From contig JBLICC010000027.1 in NCBI GenBank assembly GCA_047631715.1, positions 1-11,253 of the forward strand: 11,253 bases of DNA, written 5' to 3'. The notes beneath the pieces were generated by a model, which did no database searches, was not told the origin of the DNA, and saw only the letters and a list, made by a program, of their open reading frames with translations. The translations under genes were made by a program, and so were the position numbers. Numbering within the stretch: the first letter of the stretch is position 1; every line of letters starts with the position of its first letter. This DNA is from Alteromonas naphthalenivorans. Lineage in GTDB: Bacteria > Babelota > Babeliae > Babelales > CAIQNR01. This document shows positions 1 through 8,401 of the stretch, piece by piece.

Positions 1-448
1 TGTGTTCTATTAATTGAAGCAGCTCGCAAAGTTGCCGTGTATTTACTCGTTGTAGTGTTGCTTGTAAGGTTACCTCAGTATATCGTTTTTTCAATACTTC
101 TTCGGTAATTCTTGCTTGTCCGCGCTGCTTTCCTGTTAATTGTAGCTTGCGCAGAGTATCTTCGAAAAAGTTTTTAATCTTAAAGTTTTTATCTTTCTCT
201 AAAAGCGTATTCACTTCACTGCTTTGTTTTTGAACATTTTTTAAACGTTCTAGTAATTCTTTTGCTACAAGCTCTTGTTTGTAGACTTCTTTTAATACTC
301 CTTGGAGCCGTCGTGTTCTTGTGTAGTAAAACCACATGCTTCCTGTGGTAACGAGTACTGCGAATCCTACAAAAAGCATACTGTTTCTATAAAATTCACT
401 TGTATCAAAAGAGCTGAAAGTGCTTCGTACTTTTTGCAAAAAGGTCAT
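1..448 (-). CDS. gspM: Type II secretion system GspM/PilO-like inner-membrane protein (3'-truncated by window edge)
   Basis: Absent from the ORF track because it has no stop in the window. Its ATG at 448 overlaps the gspL stop (ATGA), with SD AAGGAG at about 457-462. Manual translation is open for 149 codons: MTFLQKVRSTF...MLFVGFAVLVTTGSMWFYY (one TM helix), a coiled-coil-like region, then YTEVTLQATLQRVNTRQLCELLQLIEH, typical of the GspM/PilO ferredoxin-like domain. It lies directly after gspL. Confidence 0.7.
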   Translation of the reverse strand, partial: MTFLQKVRSTFSSFDTSEFYRNSMLFVGFAVLVTTGSMWFYYTRTRRLQGVLKEVYKQELVAKELLERLKNVQKQSSEVNTLLEKDKNFKIKNFFEDTLRKLQLTGKQRGQARITEEVLKKRYTEVTLQATLQRVNTRQLCELLQLIEH

Positions 449-1908
449 GATTGAACTCCTTTGTTAGCAATAGTAAGTACGATAGGATTAAATGAAGTTT
501 GTTGTAGAAACGGAACATCGGAAAAGAGTTCTGTCTCTTTGAGTTGTTTTTCGAATTCATCAATTGCTTCAAAATTTCTAACGTTACCATCAAGAGTAAT
601 TGTCCCCTTGCCGATAACCATTTTTTTAAGTTCGAGCCCCAAAACTTCTCTGTCTACTTTTGTACTTAAATCGAGTAAATATTTTAAAAAAGAATGTTGA
701 GTTTGGCTAGAAAAAGAAAACCAAATCTCTTCTTCTTTTTGAATTTGTTTTTTTGCGTTTTTTACCGCTTCTTTAAGAGAGCTACCTTTGATCCCAGAGA
801 AATTCTTTTTTAGGTCGGCAAGCGCTCGCTTTTTTGCTTTATCTGTTATAGAAGAGAGATTTCTTATTTGCAAAAAAGTATGTACCGAAAGAGATGCTGC
901 AATGGCAAGGCTTAATAGGGCTGCGGTAACAAATTGAGCATTAAATCGTTCTTGGTGTCCTGTTATAGATTCGTTCATTAATAAGTTGAAGTTAGAGGCT
1001 ATTTCAGATGGATAAGCCGTTGCGGTGCTTATAAGATTAAGAGGCTCATGAGTTGGAGCCATTTTTATTTTTGCTGTTTCTAACGCTGCTTCTAGTTTAA
1101 ATGTTTCGCATGGCATTCCGCCCAGTGCGTCTTTTACTTGCGCCAAGAGATCATGGCCAACGGATCCCATCAGGTATACTTTTTTTACGTCGCCTTCTTC
1201 TTGGATAAAAGAGTCGAGAGTAAAGGCAACTTGCTGAAGAGAAGATTCGTTATCGACAAGATTCTTCTGTATAGTTCTAACTTTTTTAAGAATGCCTTTT
1301 TTAAGATAAGCAATATGTGTTTTGGTGTCGTCTATTATAATAAGAGCAGTATTTTGTTTTTGATTTATAGGAGTGATTTTTTTATACAAACCAAAGACGC
1401 TGACAAGGTCTACCGTTATAGCATCTAAGAAAAGATTTGCTTTAGAGAAAAGACCTACATGGTCCGCAATATACTTTTTTTGAACGGCGGCAACAAGAAT
1501 AGAAGACGTTTTTGCCTTTGTGTCTTCTTGTGTAATAATAAAATCGATATTTGCTTGATCAATAGGAAACGGCAAATAGGATTCAAGTTCAAAATTAAGA
1601 ATAAGAGCTATTTTTTCTTCTCCAATAATGGGAAGAGCGAGCTCTTTGAAAACAATAAATGAACTATCGATGGTTGTTATAAGAGCGTCATAGCTTTTAA
1701 TTTTCCCCATAATCTTAGAAAGAGCTTCAACAATTTTTTCTGGTTTATCTATGGGCTCGCTATAAGAGCTTTCTATAGAGATGGAGTTTCCGTTTGCAAC
1801 AATAACGGTAGCGTATACGACATTTTTAGTAATATGCACACCAACGGTCTTTTTTTTGAAAAGAAAGTAAGAGCCCACTCTTTCTGGGAAAAAAATATTT
1901 TTTATCAT
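445..1908 (-). CDS. gspL: Type II secretion system protein GspL (PilM-like actin-fold cytoplasmic domain + TM + PilN-like periplasmic domain)
   Basis: 487 aa. Motifs FKELALP, FELESYLPFPIDQANIDF and ILVAAVQK are PilM/GspL-like. One TM helix (FVTAALLSLAIAASLSV) and a C-terminal ITLDGNVRNFEAIDEFEKQL (PilN/GspL-C-like). ATGA overlap with gspD and SD AAGGAGGT at 1916-1923. Confidence 0.8.
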   Translation of the reverse strand: MIKNIFFPERVGSYFLFKKKTVGVHITKNVVYATVIVANGNSISIESSYSEPIDKPEKIVEALSKIMGKIKSYDALITTIDSSFIVFKELALPIIGEEKIALILNFELESYLPFPIDQANIDFIITQEDTKAKTSSILVAAVQKKYIADHVGLFSKANLFLDAITVDLVSVFGLYKKITPINQKQNTALIIIDDTKTHIAYLKKGILKKVRTIQKNLVDNESSLQQVAFTLDSFIQEEGDVKKVYLMGSVGHDLLAQVKDALGGMPCETFKLEAALETAKIKMAPTHEPLNLISTATAYPSEIASNFNLLMNESITGHQERFNAQFVTAALLSLAIAASLSVHTFLQIRNLSSITDKAKKRALADLKKNFSGIKGSSLKEAVKNAKKQIQKEEEIWFSFSSQTQHSFLKYLLDLSTKVDREVLGLELKKMVIGKGTITLDGNVRNFEAIDEFEKQLKETELFSDVPFLQQTSFNPIVLTIANKGVQS

Positions 1909-4652
1909 GAACGAGACCTCCTTCTTTTTATAGAAGGTTTTCTTGTGAGCTTAGCTATTTTTTTCTTTTTTTCTTTCTTTTTCTCCGGATTAACTTGGTG
2001 CATAAAATCGTTCATGTGTTGTGTGGTTGAGTCGTGTCCGCTTTCTCCGAAGAAGAGTTTGTTGATAGGGTCTTTTCCTGTTGGATCATGACATCCAGAT
2101 TGCTGGCTCATCGTGCTTGTTGCTTGAACTTTGTGCTTCATATATTCATCTGCAGTGTCTGACATACCAGGGAAAATAATTTGAGGAGAGATAAAAATAA
2201 GAACATTAGATCGAGTTTTTGTTTTTAACTTACTTTTAAAGAGCCATCCAAGTCCTGGTATATCTCCTAGAAGAGGTGTTTTTCTTACTTCCTGGGTTAC
2301 TTTATTTTTGATGATCCCACCAAGAACCAAAACTTCTCTGTTTTGAACAATAGCTGCTGTATTGACTGTTTTCTTTATTTTATTTCCGTTACTTACGTCT
2401 GAACTGGAGTAGTCGTCAATTGAAATATGAATAGTCATTTGAATACTTCCATCGGAACTAATTTGAGGCGTGATGACTACTTCTAAATTAGCATGATCCT
2501 GTGAGAACCCCTGGCTGGTTTGTCCATTTGTTGTAACGTTACTGGTAACAATATTTCGTGTGCTTCCTAGAGTAACACTTGCTTGGTAGTTATTAGTTGC
2601 AAGCAGGAAAGGGTTTGAGATGATATCTGTTTTTGAGGTCTGTTGAAGAATGTTCATAATCCCCCAAATGCCTGATTGATTGTTCCCTACAGATAGGACA
2701 GTTGATCCACTTACTGCAGAAGATGCAAGGCTAATGAGGTTTCCAAGAAGGCTGCCATCGGATGCATTTACTACGCCGCCATAACTTCCAATAGAAGTAG
2801 GCATTCCGGTGCGTTGAAAATCAACATTTTTAACAAAGCTGTTAGTTGATTTATTTCTTATTTGTGTTCCTAAAATTTTATCATCACTTGTTTGAACATC
2901 TACAATAAGCACTTCGATAATGGTTTGAGGTTGAACAACATCAAGTTTTTTAATAATTTCTTTGAGTTTGTCATAGTCGTTTTCTTCGGCTTTAATAATG
3001 AGTCTATTCCCTGACTTATCTGGAGTAATAGTCATTGGTCCAAAGTACTGGTTGCCGTCTCGCACTCCACCATATTGAGCGGCAGCTGTTCCGCCGCCAA
3101 ACTTTGTTGCTGTGCTGTTTAAAATCTGTGCAATGTTAGTAGCTTGTGTGTATTGAAGTTCATAAATGTGAAGCGGAGAATAAGGCATATCAAGTTCAAC
3201 ATCTACATGTTTTACAATAAATTCTTCAATCTTTGCAAGCGCTGCTTTGGGGCCTAGAAGAATTAAAGAGTTGGTTCGTCGTTCTGGTAAAATTCGAGCA
3301 TTGGCCGGAAAGTACAACGATTTTGGCTGGTTGCGTTGAGTAGAAAATCGAGCAGCACCCTTTGGCGCTTCTGCCTGAGTGAGCGATTGATAAAGTTTAG
3401 CGACGTCTTCGGCGTCAGATTTTTTTAATTTTATTACCGACATTGCTTCTGGCATTTCTTTATCGAACTCTTTAACTATTTTCATAAGAGATCGAATATT
3501 GGAGCCTTTATCTGTAAGAATGAGAGCATTAAGGTCGGGGAATGTTAAGATTGGCCCTGCCGTTGAGCTTGAAAACGACTTAACCACTTCTTGAATGGCG
3601 CCTAGCGGAGTATTTTTTACAAAAAAGACATACCGAACTTTGGTGCTGTTGTCGGGAATAACATCAAGTTTGGTATCAAAAAATGTTGGGAGCACTTCTC
3701 TGTTTGCGTTTGTTAAGGAAGTGATTCTATAGAAGCGAGTTTTTTTGTGAGGCTTTGTTGGGTCTATGTTTTCTGTAGCTCTGCTATCGCCTTCTCCTGG
3801 AACAACTGCAAATCCAGCCATATCTAAGAATTTTAGAAAGAGGCTCCATGCTTCTGGGCGGGTTAAAGGCTTATTGGTGGTAAAGGTGAGCTTGTGCCCT
3901 TTAAGAGCTGAGCCACCATGCGGCAATGGATTAAGGTCGTCATCTATATAGAACTTTATGTTATACAATTCTTCTATATAGCGAACTAAGTTTTCGAGGG
4001 TTGCATCTTCAAAGTAAAAACGCACGAGTTGGTCATCTTTTTCTTGCTGTAAGATTTGTGCGTGGCTGATATGCTTGTCTTTGTCGTGATGCTTCTCATC
4101 ATGCTCTTTATCTTTGTCTTTGCCTGTATCGTGATGCTTAGCTGGGGAATCTTTTTTGTCATGCTTTGCTTCTGTGAGCATTTTTGTTTTATCTGATTTT
4201 TTATCTTCTGGAGCTTTATCTTTTTTATCATGATGGGTTTGTTCTTTTGGAACTTTAACTTTCCCTGCAAGTGTATCTTTATCAAGAGGTGGAGGTGTTG
4301 GCATTACAGGAATAGTGACAGAGCCAACTTTTGTAGTTTTTATAACCGGATGTTTTGGTTCGTGTGTAGATTTCTCTTCTGTATTATGTGTGGCTACAGG
4401 CACAGGATCTTTTTTTGATAGATCAGGAGGAGTAGGTAGTTTGCCTGGCGTACTGATAGGTGCATCGTGCGGAGCTGGAGGGTGTGCAGGTGGGATAGGT
4501 TTTTTCTCAGTATCTAAAGGATGGGCAGAAGAAGAATCTTTTTGCTGCATATGAGACAAGATGCCTCGAGAAGCAAAAAGTAATTGTGAGCTAAAACATA
4601 AAGCACTTAGCAAGAGAATAAAAATGTATGATCGGTTCTTTTTTTTATTCAT
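1905..4652 (-). CDS. gspD: Type II secretion system secretin GspD with long low-complexity N-terminal extension
   Basis: 915 aa. Signal peptide, N0 domain (FYFEDATLENLV), N-domain repeats (LNALILTD, RTNSLILLG, SGNRLII), QTIIEVLIVDV, and the secretin C-terminal signature LVLGGII...KTPLLGDIPGLGWLFK...NVLIFISPQII. Confidence 0.95.
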   Translation of the reverse strand: MNKKKNRSYIFILLLSALCFSSQLLFASRGILSHMQQKDSSSAHPLDTEKKPIPPAHPPAPHDAPISTPGKLPTPPDLSKKDPVPVATHNTEEKSTHEPKHPVIKTTKVGSVTIPVMPTPPPLDKDTLAGKVKVPKEQTHHDKKDKAPEDKKSDKTKMLTEAKHDKKDSPAKHHDTGKDKDKEHDEKHHDKDKHISHAQILQQEKDDQLVRFYFEDATLENLVRYIEELYNIKFYIDDDLNPLPHGGSALKGHKLTFTTNKPLTRPEAWSLFLKFLDMAGFAVVPGEGDSRATENIDPTKPHKKTRFYRITSLTNANREVLPTFFDTKLDVIPDNSTKVRYVFFVKNTPLGAIQEVVKSFSSSTAGPILTFPDLNALILTDKGSNIRSLMKIVKEFDKEMPEAMSVIKLKKSDAEDVAKLYQSLTQAEAPKGAARFSTQRNQPKSLYFPANARILPERRTNSLILLGPKAALAKIEEFIVKHVDVELDMPYSPLHIYELQYTQATNIAQILNSTATKFGGGTAAAQYGGVRDGNQYFGPMTITPDKSGNRLIIKAEENDYDKLKEIIKKLDVVQPQTIIEVLIVDVQTSDDKILGTQIRNKSTNSFVKNVDFQRTGMPTSIGSYGGVVNASDGSLLGNLISLASSAVSGSTVLSVGNNQSGIWGIMNILQQTSKTDIISNPFLLATNNYQASVTLGSTRNIVTSNVTTNGQTSQGFSQDHANLEVVITPQISSDGSIQMTIHISIDDYSSSDVSNGNKIKKTVNTAAIVQNREVLVLGGIIKNKVTQEVRKTPLLGDIPGLGWLFKSKLKTKTRSNVLIFISPQIIFPGMSDTADEYMKHKVQATSTMSQQSGCHDPTGKDPINKLFFGESGHDSTTQHMNDFMHQVNPEKKKEKKKKIAKLTRKPSIKRRRSRS

Positions 4653-4654
4653 AG

Positions 4655-5794
4655 TTACGATTCTTTAGGAAGTGAAAAATCTTTTAACTTTCCTGCTTTG
4701 CCTTCTGCAAGCATTTTCTTTCTTTGGTCAATCATGATCTCTTGTACTGTTGGTGCAAAGGTGTGGCGTTCTTTGAGCGTTGCAATACGTTCGCGTTCCA
4801 ATTCTTCGTCGCTTGGCCCTTTGAGCGCACCAGTTTCTTCTTCATCGTCATCATGACTACGATCTTTTGTTAGCGGATCTCGTAAGTCGTGAAGTTTAAA
4901 GGTTAGTGTTATTGGTTGATGATTGTGAGTTATTTCGACTATACAGGAGTCTCCAATTTTGAGCGAGGTAAGTTTGTTATAGATGTGAAGCCGCTCATCT
5001 GTTTTTGTAGCGGGGATTCCGGCTATTTTGTTTACAATGCTATATGGCTCTAGTCCCATTGCTACCCCTAACGAACTGTGTGTAATTTTTCCTATTCGAC
5101 ACCCAATACTCTTACCTTCTTTATATACAGTTGTTAGATCGAACATGTCAATGAAGTGTGCAAGATTTGGCACTAGGTCGGTAAATGCTTGAGGGTCTAG
5201 AAGAAAGTCGTGGTTGCTTATTTTTTTAATTAAGTGGCTCCAGTCTTCTTCGTTTTCAACAAGAGCAGAGTCTGTATCTGCTGATTTTCCATTAAGATAT
5301 AATGTTTCTTGTTGTCCGTTAGATCGAATAAGAATTACTTTGTTCCGTAAAATTCGAACAACTTGAGCATCTTCTATAGGGTCGCCAACTTTATAGTTTT
5401 CATCTTTTTTAGTTTTGTTATCGGCAATAACTGCAATATTATTACTCTCGTCGCTTAAGAGCATAATGCCCTTGAGAGTTGCTTCGAGTGGGGGCAAGAA
5501 TGGTTGTTTGGGTTCATCAGGAAGATGCACAGTTGTTGGCCCTGGTGGATTTGGAATTGGTTTTGCATAATCTGGTTCAACTGCTGGTTTTACTTGTTCA
5601 TGGTAAGTATCAAACAGATCATTATCATAAATGTTTGCAATGTTAATTACAGCAACATGATGTGCTGTGACATGAGCTTTTGCTTTTACTTTTTTTGGTT
5701 TAGGAATAATTGGCCTGGAGAGGAAGACGAATCCTAAACAGACTGCGAATAAAAGTAAGAGCGAACTGTTAATTATCCAGAACGGGTGTCTCAT
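4655..5794 (-). CDS. gspC: Type II secretion system protein GspC (TM + HR domain + PDZ-like domain)
   Basis: 379 aa. N-terminal TM helix, proline-rich linker, HR domain (LKGIM...IAVIAD...YKVGDPIEDAQVVRILRNKVILIRSNGQQETLYL) and a PDZ-like region (MGLEPYSIVNKIAGIP). It ends 2 bp before gspD. Confidence 0.85.
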   Translation of the reverse strand: MRHPFWIINSSLLLLFAVCLGFVFLSRPIIPKPKKVKAKAHVTAHHVAVINIANIYDNDLFDTYHEQVKPAVEPDYAKPIPNPPGPTTVHLPDEPKQPFLPPLEATLKGIMLLSDESNNIAVIADNKTKKDENYKVGDPIEDAQVVRILRNKVILIRSNGQQETLYLNGKSADTDSALVENEEDWSHLIKKISNHDFLLDPQAFTDLVPNLAHFIDMFDLTTVYKEGKSIGCRIGKITHSSLGVAMGLEPYSIVNKIAGIPATKTDERLHIYNKLTSLKIGDSCIVEITHNHQPITLTFKLHDLRDPLTKDRSHDDDEEETGALKGPSDEELERERIATLKERHTFAPTVQEIMIDQRKKMLAEGKAGKLKDFSLPKES

Positions 5795-5822
5795 AAAAAT
5801 TCCTTTTTAGCATTCTATGGAC

Positions 5823-5852
5823 ACGATACCCTTTTCCGCTAAGTATTGTCAA
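5823..5852 (-). promoter_or_regulatory. Putative sigma70 promoter for gspCDLM
   Basis: Minus strand has a perfect TTGACA (5852-5847), an 18-nt spacer and TATCGT (5828-5823), about 30 nt upstream of the gspC ATG. Confidence 0.45.
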
Positions 5853-5882
5853 GTTAAAGCCTTCTATAAAGGGTTTTGATCT

Positions 5883-6875
5883 TTAGGGGGAAGGAATCGT
5901 AGATAAAATTTTCTGTATCACTATGTCTGTCTTAATATCTTCTGCTTCTGCTTGGTAAGAAAGTAACAATCTGTGGCGTAAAATCGCAGGGGCAACAGCC
6001 TTTATATCATCAGGAATAACAAAGTGGCGTGCTTTTAAAAATGCGTAAGCGCGTGCTGCTTGGTGTAATGCGAGTGTTGCTCGGGGTGAGACGCCATATT
6101 GAATATAATCAGCGATATCATTAAGTTTGTATTCTTTTGGATTACGCGTTGCAAAGACAATATCAACAATATAATCTTTTATTTTATCATCTACATATAT
6201 TTTTTGTACAAGGCCCTGAGATTCAAAGATATCTTTCTTTTTTAAGACTTGCTTGATTTGATTAAGATCAAAGTTTTTATTTAAGATTTCTTTTTCATGT
6301 ATTTTTTCTGGATATTTAACATCAAGTTTAAACATGAATCGATCAACTTGGGCTTCGGGTAATCGATAAGTGCCTTCTTGTTCTATAGGATTTTGAGTTG
6401 CAAAAACTAAGAATGGAGGGTCGAGGGGAAACGTTTCTGACCCAATAGTTACCTGTCGTTCTTGCATAGCCTCTAGAAGGGCTGCTTGGACTTTAGCGGG
6501 AGCTCGGTTAATTTCATCGGCCAAGATTAAATTAGCAAATATAGGTCCTTTTTTTGTAGAGAACTCTTGAGTTTTGGGATTATAGATAAGTGTTCCAATA
6601 AGATCGGCTGGAAGCAAGTCTGGAGTAAATTGAATACGGGAAAAGTCTAAACCAAGAGCCGAATTTACAGCTTTGATCATAAGTGTTTTTGCAACGCCCG
6701 GCACGCCTTCGAGCATGATGTGTCCATTACTTAAAATTGCTAACTCTATAAATGTAATAATCTCTTGTTGCCCAACAATAACATTGGCAACTTCACGAGA
6801 AAGAGCATTAAATAGTGCACTTTTTTCTTTAATTGCTTCTATGACTTGGTTATCAAAAGTGTTATTCGTAGACAT
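5883..6875 (-). CDS. moxR: MoxR family AAA+ ATPase
   Basis: Walker A GVPGVAKT, RIQFTPDLLPAD, Walker B ADEINRA, ATQNPIEQEGTYRLPEAQVDRF and GVSPRA. The ATG at 6875 (GAGGG SD upstream) is preferred over the track's TTG at 6887. Confidence 0.95.
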   Translation of the reverse strand: MSTNNTFDNQVIEAIKEKSALFNALSREVANVIVGQQEIITFIELAILSNGHIMLEGVPGVAKTLMIKAVNSALGLDFSRIQFTPDLLPADLIGTLIYNPKTQEFSTKKGPIFANLILADEINRAPAKVQAALLEAMQERQVTIGSETFPLDPPFLVFATQNPIEQEGTYRLPEAQVDRFMFKLDVKYPEKIHEKEILNKNFDLNQIKQVLKKKDIFESQGLVQKIYVDDKIKDYIVDIVFATRNPKEYKLNDIADYIQYGVSPRATLALHQAARAYAFLKARHFVIPDDIKAVAPAILRHRLLLSYQAEAEDIKTDIVIQKILSTIPSP

Positions 6876-6984
6876 TATTTCCCTCAATAGCCTTTGTTTT
6901 GCTTAATAAAATTCTCTTTTTACCATAGTATAGAAACAATATATTTTAAATAGGTATTTTTTATAAAAAGAAACAAAGGGTATT

Positions 6985-7512
6985 ATGATTCTTTCTGGCA
7001 AAGAGATAAAAAGAAGACTAGGAAAAGATATTAATATATCTCCCTATGATGAAAAGCGCTTAAACCCTAATAGTTATAACTTGTCGCTTCATAAAGAGTT
7101 GTTTGTATATGACACAGATCACCTTGATATGAAAAAAGAAAATACAGTGCGCAAGATTGTTATACCACCAGAGGGATTAGTTCTTGAACGGCATAAATTA
7201 TATCTTGCTCGTACTAATGAATACACAGAAACAAATAACTGTGTTCCAATGCTAGAAGGTAGATCTTCTATTGGCCGACTAGGATTGTTTATTCATGTTA
7301 CTGCAGGATTTGGCGATGTTGGTTTTCGTGGGTATTGGACGTTAGAAATGTTTTGTGTGCAGCCAATTAGAATTTATTCTGATGTTGAGATTTGCCAAAT
7401 TTTTTATCACACCATTGATGGTGATTTTGATCAGTATGTAAGTAATAAGTATCAAGACAATAAAGGTGTTCAACCAAGCATGTTGTATAAGGATTTTGAG
7501 AAACAGTTATAA
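6985..7512 (+). CDS. dcd: dCTP deaminase
   Basis: 175 aa with MILS, NPNSYNL, EGRSSIGRLG, TAGFGDVGFRGYWTLE, ICQI and KYQ motifs of the trimeric dUTPase-like dCTP deaminases. Confidence 0.92.
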   Translation: MILSGKEIKRRLGKDINISPYDEKRLNPNSYNLSLHKELFVYDTDHLDMKKENTVRKIVIPPEGLVLERHKLYLARTNEYTETNNCVPMLEGRSSIGRLGLFIHVTAGFGDVGFRGYWTLEMFCVQPIRIYSDVEICQIFYHTIDGDFDQYVSNKYQDNKGVQPSMLYKDFEKQL

Positions 7513-7548
7513 AAAATAAAATATTCTAAAAAAGAAGGAGATGTGTTT

Positions 7549-7869
7549 ATGGAATTTTATATTAATATATTGCATTTGGTTACGATGTATATTGGCATTG
7601 CGGTGATTACTCTTGGGGTAGCGCTCTCTGTAGCAGAGCTTGTAAAGATGCTGTATGCAAAGAATCCGGATCTTTTGTATCGCCAAGCACGGATGATTTT
7701 GTGTAAGCATATTGTTTTTGGCTTAGAGTTTATGCTTGCTGGGGATGTTGTTAAAACTATCGTTATGCCAGACTATCACTCGCTTGCTCTTCTGGGTGGT
7801 CTCGTGGTTATTAGAACAATATTAAGTTATTTTGTTGATGTTGAATTAAGGCAATTACGTAAATCATAG
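7549..7869 (+). CDS. DUF1622 domain membrane protein
   Basis: Motifs GLEFMLAGDVVKTI and LGGLVVIRTILSYF match my recollection of DUF1622. The ATG at 7549 is 8 nt after SD AAGGAG (7535-7540); the track uses GTG 7543. Confidence 0.85.
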   Translation: MEFYINILHLVTMYIGIAVITLGVALSVAELVKMLYAKNPDLLYRQARMILCKHIVFGLEFMLAGDVVKTIVMPDYHSLALLGGLVVIRTILSYFVDVELRQLRKS

Positions 7870-7894
7870 CAGATAGAATAAAGGTTAAGGGGTT

Positions 7895-8290
7895 GTGTTG
7901 AGAAATTTATATTTTTGTTTATTTGTTATTTTCCAGTCTAGTGTTGCGGCAGATACTAATGATGCCATTGGGCATTATTACTCTCCTGTTTATGAAGGTT
8001 ATTATTTACATTATGAGCGATTGTTGCTTGCAAATACGGTGACGGTTCATTTAGAAAAGCCAGGAAGAAGAATTGTTACGTTTTGGGGGTATAAAGACGA
8101 GCAAAGTGCGTTTTATATTACTAAAATAGACCCATGGGTTAGCTTATATAAGCGCGACTTTGACGCAATAGGGGCGTTATTGGTGGATGCAAAAGATGCG
8201 TCTATAAAGGAGTTAAGGATACATTCGTGCGTGCAAAAAGATTTGTACGAAAGGGGTATTCTTAGTTTTGACGATATAAAGCTTGGTTAG
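7895..8290 (+). CDS. Hypothetical exported protein (signal peptide)
   Basis: 131 aa with a GTG/TTG start after AAGGGG. The N-terminus MLRNLYFCLFVIFQSSVAA resembles a Sec signal peptide. No family recognised. Confidence 0.6.
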   Translation: MLRNLYFCLFVIFQSSVAADTNDAIGHYYSPVYEGYYLHYERLLLANTVTVHLEKPGRRIVTFWGYKDEQSAFYITKIDPWVSLYKRDFDAIGALLVDAKDASIKELRIHSCVQKDLYERGILSFDDIKLG

Positions 8291-8293
8291 TTG

Positions 8294-8362
8294 TTATTGA
8301 TTCTTAACAATCTCGGACTGAATTGGTCCTTTAGTTTCTCCACGAATAAATTGATACACTTG
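8294..8362 (-). repeat. Displaced copy of the mlaF 3' end (last 22 codons + stop); direct repeat of 9860..9928, att-like
   Basis: 65/69 nt identical to 9860..9928. Mismatches at 8318, 8327, 8357 and 8360 are all synonymous third positions, so both copies encode QVYQFIRGETKGPIQSEIVKNQ*. Confidence 0.95.
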
Positions 8363-8401
8363 TTTAGTTTGTCGTTATTTGTAAAGGAGTGTCATTAAAG
8401 T

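Noticed and set aside
1908..1990. GspD basic tail as a nuclear localisation signal
   Set aside because: A secretin is an outer-membrane multimer and its tail is not expected to reach a host nucleus. K-rich runs are common in AT-rich genomes.
5856..5877. Imperfect hairpin AAAGCCTTC-TATA-AAGGGTTTT after moxR as a terminator
   Set aside because: The stem is short and mismatched and the U-tract on the minus strand is weak, so it cannot be called.
405..6906. Short track ORFs overlapping gspL, gspD, gspC and moxR (e.g. 461..700, 1138..1428, 1834..2091, 3986..4285, 4315..4554, 5504..5737, 6673..6906)
   Set aside because: These are antisense or off-frame shadows of well-supported genes, with no recognisable motifs.
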